Shown: positions 57,205 through 64,000 of the stretch, one piece after another | Position numbering within the stretch: position 1 is the first letter of the stretch | Layout of the letters: each line of letters begins with the position of its first letter | From: a virus | DNA: 64,000 bases | IMG/VR virus record: IMGVR_UViG_3300031566_005149 | Span: 16,158 to 80,157 of that record | Strand: one strand, 5' to 3' | Position numbers and translations under genes: made by a program | The notes under the pieces: generated by a model | Databases searched by the model: none | Told to the model about the DNA's origin: nothing | The model's input: the letters and a program-made list of their open reading frames with translations, nothing else

Positions 57205-58770
57205 ATGCAACTGAGACAAATTAAAGATGAAAGATGTAAAGTTTGTGGTTGTAAGGCTGTTTTGGAGACTAGTGGTCGTAAGCATGTAAATGGTCAATAC
57301 TTTGAAACTAGAGAGTATTCCTGTGGAGCAGTTGTTAAGTGGGTTCCGAATTTCAGTCGTCTTGAACAACCCAAAAAATGTCCGATGGACCCCATTATAC
57401 TCAGAGACCGCGCAAAACAAAAAACGGCATATGAAAAACTGATTAAATATATCAACCGACTTAATGTGGACGATGAATGGAAGCTGCAAGCCGAAACTCA
57501 CATACGCTTTTTAAGAAATTATGGAAAGCTCTAATGAATCAACCACAAAGAAAAATTCTAGCCCTGTTTATTCTTTTAGTTTCAGATTCTATATTAACCG
57601 TATATCTAATAACAGTGGGCTGGGAAGAAGTTAATCCGTTAATGAACTGGGTGATAGTCATATCGAATGTTTCATGGATGGCAATAACTAAAATATTGAT
57701 CGGGTTATTTTCCATATTGTTTCTGTTTAAATATCATAAACAAACCATTAAGTATATCGACTGGACAATTCTTATATACGCAATTTTTCTATTCGGAGGA
57801 TTAGCTCTGCAATTTATCATTGAATTAATAAGATAAAAAGGAGAAATCAAAACATGGAAAGCGGTAATGAACGAATGAACTTCTTTCACTTATGTATGGA
57901 GTGTGGGGGTTCATTCAGGGGATTCATAAAACAGACAACCTGTTGGACCTGTATAAAACATTACGTATTAACCAAATATTTCTAGGGGGTAAAATGCTCA
58001 TATTTGAACAAATTTCAAAAGAAAGTGACCAGGAAAGATCTGATCTGTTGATCATCAGTTTGCGTACTATATCGAGAATTGAGGATCGGGCCTTGAATGT
58101 GGTTCGTGTTACATTCCTCAACAAAGAACAATTCCTAATCCATATCGATAACAGAGGTAAAACTCCTAATGATCAAATCGGCGCAGCGGATATTTTAGCC
58201 AAATTGGTTGGTAATACCCGCGCGGCCCCACCCATAATACAATGTAGAAGAATAACAAGAAGGAGCTACTAAGATGTTTCAAACTAATAAATATATCGTT
58301 GTTAAAAATCCTCTTAATGACTTTCATATGATCATCTTTCCACCCTTGATAAATCATTGGGATATGTTCCAAACGATAAATTCAAAATTCTCATATGAAA
58401 TAATTTCAGGTGGTTATATTGATGAATTTTTAAATTGTTATGGTTCATCCATGACCCTACGTATTAAGTCGAGACCTGAAGAAGACACTGAAATACTTCA
58501 TCAAATGCTCAATATTAAGGATAAAGAAATCAAATTCAAAGGATGGGCTGTATAATGAAATTTATGGAAGGCGCTATATGCTCAGTCAAAGTTCGAGCTG
58601 GAGATAGAATGATTTGGGTTAGGGGTAATATAACAAAATATCTTCATCAATCGGGGCAATATGCTGTTGATTCTGATAATCATATTTATTTTTGCTATCC
58701 ACATGAGGTTTTGGTTCCCATCGATGTCGTAGAAACTCAACTGAAGAAATTATACGAAGGGGCATTTTAA
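57205..58770 (+). CDS. Run of small ORFs (57205-57534 zinc ribbon; 57534-57836 DUF5658-like membrane protein; about 57994-58272; 58274-58555; 58555-58770)
   Basis: D..LT.Y....G.EE.NPLM...K motif in the membrane protein; coupling overlaps. Confidence 0.65.
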
Positions 58771-58779
58771 TACTCAAAA

Positions 58780-58803
58780 CTATATATATATATTAATAAG
58801 TGA
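58780..58803 (+). promoter_or_regulatory. Putative early promoter with expanded TA run
   Basis: CTATATATATATATTAATAAGTGA. Confidence 0.65.
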
Positions 58804-59051
58804 AAGAAACATTAACCCCAACTGTATATAGGGAGATAAATAATGACTCAACAACAAGCACTGTTAAACTCCAAGATTTACGAAATATGGAGATTCGCTA
58901 ATACTGACCTCGGTTTCACAGAGTGGGTAAATATGGTATACTCCGAGGTATACGTCGAATACTCCAAAGTCAAAATTAACGTCTATGCATAAATGGTTGG
59001 AGGTCGATTGAATCGATCTCCAATTGTTTTTCTTTTTTAAGGAGGATACAC

Positions 59052-59432
59052 TTGGCAAAATACACAATTAACATAGAATACACCACAGGTGATAGTTTTC
59101 ACAGCGAAGAAGCGGAAGATACCGTTGATTTGGAGTGGGAGGATATGGCTGTTATCAAAATAGCACTTCAAAGAATCAAAGAACACTATAAATGGTATAA
59201 AAATATAAATGGATATAATCGTTTTGATCCTGAAATCGACGAAAGACCTAAATGGCATAAAACAAATATGGAAAATAATACATTCAATCGACAACACGTT
59301 ATAAATCTTCCAATGGATGATGGAACTGAACAACAAATAGGTGCATTCTGGTGTGGTCACTTCGAAACATTAAACGCAGCAGAGATTGTACTAGTTAAAC
59401 CAGAGTTTGATGGTATGAGAGTAACATTTTAA
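59052..59432 (+). CDS. Conserved phage hypothetical protein
   Basis: YTTGDSFHS...ALQRIKEHY...AFWCGHFE.L; SD AAGGAGG. Confidence 0.8.
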   Translation: MAKYTINIEYTTGDSFHSEEAEDTVDLEWEDMAVIKIALQRIKEHYKWYKNINGYNRFDPEIDERPKWHKTNMENNTFNRQHVINLPMDDGTEQQIGAFWCGHFETLNAAEIVLVKPEFDGMRVTF

Positions 59433-59444
59433 AGGAGTATAATT

Positions 59445-59738
59445 ATGGCAGATAAAAAAGAATCAATAGACTTAACTGCATTAGCATATGGTTGGGGTTG
59501 TCCGGTATGTGAGGAAAGTAACTCAATATCGCAGATTCCAACTGATGCTAACGCAGATAAAAAAGAATCAATAGACTTAACTGCATTAGCATATGGTTGG
59601 GATTGTCCGGTATGTGAGGAAAGTAACTCAGTATCAAAGATTCCAACTGATGCTAACTCTATCGCTATCGGTGATGTTCAATGTGATGGATGTCTAAAGT
59701 TATTTGCAGTGAACCAATATTACCACGACTTTGAATAG
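59445..59738 (+). CDS. Zinc-ribbon protein with recent 105 bp tandem duplication
   Basis: ADKKESIDLTALAYGW.CPVCEESNS.S.IPTDAN x2. Confidence 0.8.
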   Translation: MADKKESIDLTALAYGWGCPVCEESNSISQIPTDANADKKESIDLTALAYGWDCPVCEESNSVSKIPTDANSIAIGDVQCDGCLKLFAVNQYYHDFE

Positions 59739-59747
59739 GGGGATATC

Positions 59748-60519
59748 ATGATACATTTTAATTTTATTATTAGCGATGAAGGAGCACAAGCCATCTTTGA
59801 GTCCATTGATGATGCTGTTAATCTATGCTACAAAAAGAAGCTTTTGACTGATACCACACCAGCGGAAGATAGATGGTACAACGAACGGATTAATTATCTA
59901 AAGGGATTGAAACATGAAATGAGTAACACGAGGGTACAAGTTCCAGACCCCGAATAGTTTGCCACGCGAGGGGGCTGCTGAGTATAGGCAATGCACAACT
60001 GTCCTGTGCTTACTCAGTGGGACAAACCCCCTCGTAAATTTTTAGGAGGTAATTATGCAGTTAATAAAAAAACATAAAAGTGAACTATCCACAACAGAGA
60101 TAATTGAAAAAATTAAATCGCTTAACCTTAAAGCGGATAAGATAAGAGAAAATATATTCAGATTAAGACAGGAACTCAGGGATCAATTAAATTATCTTGC
60201 TATGAGGAATGTCCTGGATGAATGGGATGAGAATTATATGCAAAGTTATCAGTTCTGGTTATCGATTGCTAGTAGAAATCCATATTTTGATATTTAATGA
60301 AAGGAAACTAAAATGTTAGAAGACTATGCTAGAACATTGACTTGCGGTGATGTTATACAGCATGTATTGGGGAAAAAACTTTGCGTTATAAAACAAGAGA
60401 GTATAGCAGAATCTAGATATAGTGTAATCCTAAAGATCAATTGTAGATTTATCGCTGCGGACGGTTTGTTTTATAATAACCTATTCTATCCAGAAGAATT
60501 AGAATACACAGACGATTAA
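59748..60519 (+). CDS. Small hypothetical ORFs (59748-59957, 60055-60297, 60313-60519)
   Basis: SD-led ORFs. Confidence 0.65.
59967..60034 (+). ncRNA. Candidate structured RNA (long interrupted hairpin)
   Basis: CGAGGGGG/CCCCCTCG, CTGAGTA/TACTCAG, GCACA/TGTGC nested stems. Confidence 0.45.
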
Positions 60520-60533
60520 TGAAAGGAAATTAA

Positions 60534-60931
60534 ATGTTAGAATTTAAAAAAGTTTTACCTCATGATATTCACATAACCTCATCAGCAAATGGAGGATATA
60601 TTGTAACTGTTGGATGTTGTATTACTGTATTTAACACTGCTATTGAACTTTTTGGTGCCTTAGAAGACTATATCTTAGATCCTAAAGAAATCGAAAGAAG
60701 ATATTATAATCAAATGCAGAAAAACATCAATACGATTGCTGGCGGTGAACCTACATGTTAGAATTTAAAAAAGTTTTACCTCATGATATTCACATAACCT
60801 CATCAGCAAATGGAGGATATATTGTAACTGTTGGATGTTGTATTACTGTATTTAACACTGCTGTTGAACTTCTTGATGTCATCGATGCCTACTCAGATGA
60901 AGAATTCATGCATCAAATTCAGGAGTATTAA
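60534..60931 (+). repeat. Tandem paralogs 60534-60761 and 60755-60931 sharing an identical 108 bp 5' end
   Basis: MLEFKKVLPHDIHITSSANGGYIVTVGCCITVFNTA identical at DNA level, different C-termini. Confidence 0.9.
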
Positions 60932-61017
60932 TATGGGGGAAGCCATTGGGAGATATTCCGATGGTGTCTATAATAGACATTCCCCCACCATCTTTTTTAA
61001 GAACTAAGGAGAATAAA

Positions 61018-61557
61018 ATGATTGGAATTTTATGTTGGATTATTGAAATAATTACTGGTATCTCTGTTATATATGCAGTGCCAGCTTTTTCAAATATCAA
61101 ACCAGATGGAATGATTGTATTGATTATATGTATTGGTATCATAACAGTTGGTTGGGGTTGTGCTGTTTTATTCACCATATTAGAAACAATTAAAAACCAG
61201 ATATCAGACTTTACTAAAATCGATAAGCTTATTGATGACAAGGAATCGTATCAAACTGAACTCAACACCTATATGGAAGAAATGAAAGATGAAATCATAT
61301 TCAAATTTAAAGATTTCGAAGAACGTCTGATGAAGAATATATCAGATAGTAAAATCATAACAACCATTATAGAAAAGAGTGGATACGGAAAACTCATAGA
61401 ATCATACGATGTCAATATAAGAACGTACATACGACAAATCAATGTTTGTGATAGAGAAAGGACAAAGTTGATATCAAATATGAAAGCTAGAGAAATTAAC
61501 ATGTTTGATTGTGGGTGGCTCATTCCTGAACAATACCGTACCAACTTCAAAGGATAA
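61018..61557 (+). CDS. Membrane protein with coiled-coil C-terminus
   Basis: SD AAGGAG before ATG 61018; two hydrophobic helices. Confidence 0.7.
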   Translation: MIGILCWIIEIITGISVIYAVPAFSNIKPDGMIVLIICIGIITVGWGCAVLFTILETIKNQISDFTKIDKLIDDKESYQTELNTYMEEMKDEIIFKFKDFEERLMKNISDSKIITTIIEKSGYGKLIESYDVNIRTYIRQINVCDRERTKLISNMKAREINMFDCGWLIPEQYRTNFKG

Positions 61558-61740
61558 TAATCATGACACTACTTATTGCAATATTGTTAATCATTGGATT
61601 TGAAATGAATGTATTGCTCATACCGTTAGCGACTGTAATTTGGTTATGCCGATTATTTTATTACTCTTTATAAAATAGGAGAAATAACATGTGTTTAACA
61701 AAAGTAGTTACAGTATGTACACAAAAAGGAGAGATATAAT

Positions 61741-63859
61741 ATGTCACCATACGACATGACAACAGATGATATTGTAGAATTACTATATGATTACTATCTA
61801 CGTTACAAGGATAGACGATATATGATACAGTATACTTGTCCCTTTACGGTTGACAACAAAAAAGAATGTCAGATTCTCTGCTGGTCATTTTCACAACTCT
61901 CTTCATATAAATGTCCATGCAGCGCATTCGGTCAAAATGAGGCCTTCATAAGATTGAAAGATGTACTTAGAGAATATCATTATGAATTAGAGGAGGTTTA
62001 GCCAAAATGAGAATAACAAAAACACAAATACTAAGATTTTTAATAGAGGTGAATAAAAGACTTGATGGTATATATATATGTGAATCCACTGAATATGATC
62101 ATCCACGACCATCATTAACATTCAACTGCAACCTAACCAACTTATTTATATCCGCAAATTGGGAACCCAGTAGTCTGTTCTTTCGTGTGATCGATGATGC
62201 CGCACAAGCAAATCTAAAAATAACCAAGGACGACTTCAGCTGGAATAATAATAAAACCACATTCTGGTATCAAGATCGTATGACCTTCTCAGAACTGGAT
62301 ATAGAAGAAGAGATAATGAAACCAATCGATGAACCAGATGATGAGATCGATAAATTCGCCAAAAGCTATGCAAATGAATTCAGAGAGTATGTTGATCTTT
62401 TAGAAATGAAAGAATATAAAGAGAAATTATCAAAAGCTCTTGATTTAGATAAATTTGGAGATGTTCAGAATCATTGTTGTAGACTCACCAAAATTAAAAA
62501 GAATACGGGGGTTTAATGATAAGTAACTTTTTATCAGAAAGAGAAATAAAAGAATTACGAGAGCTGAAACAATGTTTGATGAAAGCCATCATTATATTAT
62601 CATCAACCTTTATATCTGTAACCCTCTATAAAATGTTAACCATTACATTTTAGAAAATCCCCAGGAACATAGAAACAATCAGGTTCTTTTGTTCCTGGTA
62701 AAAGGAGAAAACAATGATGGAAGAAGATTTAAACACAATTGATCGAATTGTATGTTCTATTCAAGAAGATATATATGAAAGCTCTGGTGAAGTTGAATAC
62801 TTCAATATAAGCTTGCATACCAATGGATTTGTACAGATGATAACATTCTGTGATATAGTATTATGGAGCTCAGAAGATGACGAACGTAGGTATTATGAAG
62901 AAGAAACAACAATGGAATTTCTGGAAAGCTTCCTACGCCGCAAGTTACGCGAAGAGCTAAAAAAACTATCGCGAATTCGAATATAAAAGGGGGTTACATG
63001 CTATCACCAAAAGTAAAAGAAGAAATATCAAAACGGATTCAATTCTATCTACAAACAATAAAAGATTTTGAACTACCCGATGGAGAAATATCATTCATCC
63101 TACATATCGACGGTAATCAATCTGAAGCGTGGACCAATATCAGAAATATGAGTGAACGAGATGTCCCTCCACCAGAAATACTCATACAAAATTTCACAAA
63201 GGATTAAGATGATGATAGATCAAGTAATGGAATGTTTATGGAGGTATAGAGATGGGAGATTAACCGAAATCGATATAATACAAATCGAAAATTACGCATA
63301 CAATCTAATTAATGTAGACGGTCATTCTATCGCATGGAGAACCAAACCAAATAATTACGGTTTCTATTCAGCCTATAAAGGTAATAAAGCCCCACTCCGT
63401 ACAGCCATTCTATTATCCGAAAATCGAGACAGCAGAGAAAACATATTACTAACCTGGATATCCGCAACCTTACAAACCTATTTAAAACTCCTGGAAGGAA
63501 CAAACGGAATAATACCCGAGGGATGTAGATACGTTCGAGATATGAACCCCGCATATAATCTTATGAAAGAGCTCAAAATGGAAATGCGAATGAGATATGG
63601 TAAACAATTCTCATATCACCACACATCAAGTAATTGTTTCCCCACCCCTATAACGTCTGTAGCCGATATTCTAGATAGACACCTTCCGAGTATTTCAGAA
63701 ATATTCTCTGATTTGGTTATAACTAATGCACTGGACACTCTAGATGTGTGGGATTTAGTCGAGACTTATCCAGTGGGGCAACCCCGATTTACATATAACG
63801 GTTATATTTATGCACCACATGTTTCATTGCATCCATATGTTATTACAGCATTCGCATAA
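61741..63859 (+). CDS. Hypothetical ORFs (61741-62001, 62007-62516, 62714-62986, 62998-63207, about 63209-63859)
   Basis: Co-oriented SD-led ORFs; no families recognised. Confidence 0.65.
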
Positions 63860-63860
63860 T

Positions 63861-63882
63861 AAAAGGGGGGAGCCCCCTTTTT
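63861..63882 (+). terminator. Rho-independent terminator
   Basis: AAAAGGGGG-GAG-CCCCCTTTT then T-rich tail. Confidence 0.75.
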
Positions 63883-63961
63883 CTTGTCTTCTATAATGTC
63901 ACTTTAAAACAACATTAAGGGCTTATATGTGGCTTAAAGGCAACAATAGTTACTATTATAA

Positions 63962-63981
63962 CTATATATATTAATAATTAG
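63962..63981 (+). promoter_or_regulatory. Putative early promoter
   Basis: CTATATATATTAATAATTAG followed by AGGAGG and ATG at the window end. Confidence 0.65.
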
Positions 63982-64000
63982 AAAGGAGGAATTTAATATG

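Noticed and set aside
59445-60931. Diversity-generating retroelement TR/VR pair
   Set aside because: No reverse transcriptase in the window and the differences are not restricted to adenines.
125-63554. Many short opposite-strand ORFs in the ORF track (e.g. 125-388, 10039-10461, 42705-43058, 57034-57501)
   Set aside because: Mostly or fully overlapped by better-supported genes on the other strand.
10429-63981. CRISPR array from the recurring 20 bp motif
   Set aside because: Copies are kilobases apart and lie before SD sequences; no repeat-spacer periodicity or cas genes.
1-64000. Genome-wide TAG reassignment (code 15)
   Set aside because: Long genes are intact in code 11 and several end at TAG (8237, 16326, 21592, 25301); at 8237 the TAG is followed immediately by TGA.

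Overview
AT-rich 64 kb fragment of a large (jumbo-type) contractile-tailed phage genome using the standard code. Layout: (1) 1-3.4 kb, two + strand virion-type genes; (2) 3.4-26.4 kb, a - strand late structural module (baseplate wedge gp6/gp25-like, gp26/gp51-like pair, tail tube, tail sheath, lysis-type genes, three proteins with long poly-serine tracts); (3) 26.5-38.6 kb, a glycan-building cluster (GT9-methyltransferase-GT4 fusion, two paralogous GT-A-like proteins, three methyltransferases, DegT aminotransferase, sulfotransferase) with homing endonucleases and a GGQ release-factor-like gene; (4) 39.6-64 kb, + strand early/accessory small ORFs with two tRNAs, several structured RNA candidates and recent duplications. 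Two recurrent intergenic motifs look like early (CTATATATATTAATAAGTGA, 8 copies) and late (AGAACAAA-N3-TAAAY, about 11 copies) promoters. Best candidate for an undescribed system: an amber-gated operon at 55.37-56.35 kb, where a leader peptide (TAG then an RGPP arrest-like motif) and a Pth2-like peptidyl-tRNA hydrolase both contain an in-frame TAG and are followed by an amber suppressor tRNA(CUA). ArfA-like, ArfB-like and TrmH genes lie elsewhere in the window. Second candidate: a virion glycosylation system pairing the glycan cluster with poly-Ser tracts and a recurring D-[S/A]-T motif in structural proteins. All functional calls come from motif recognition by eye; no database searches were run.
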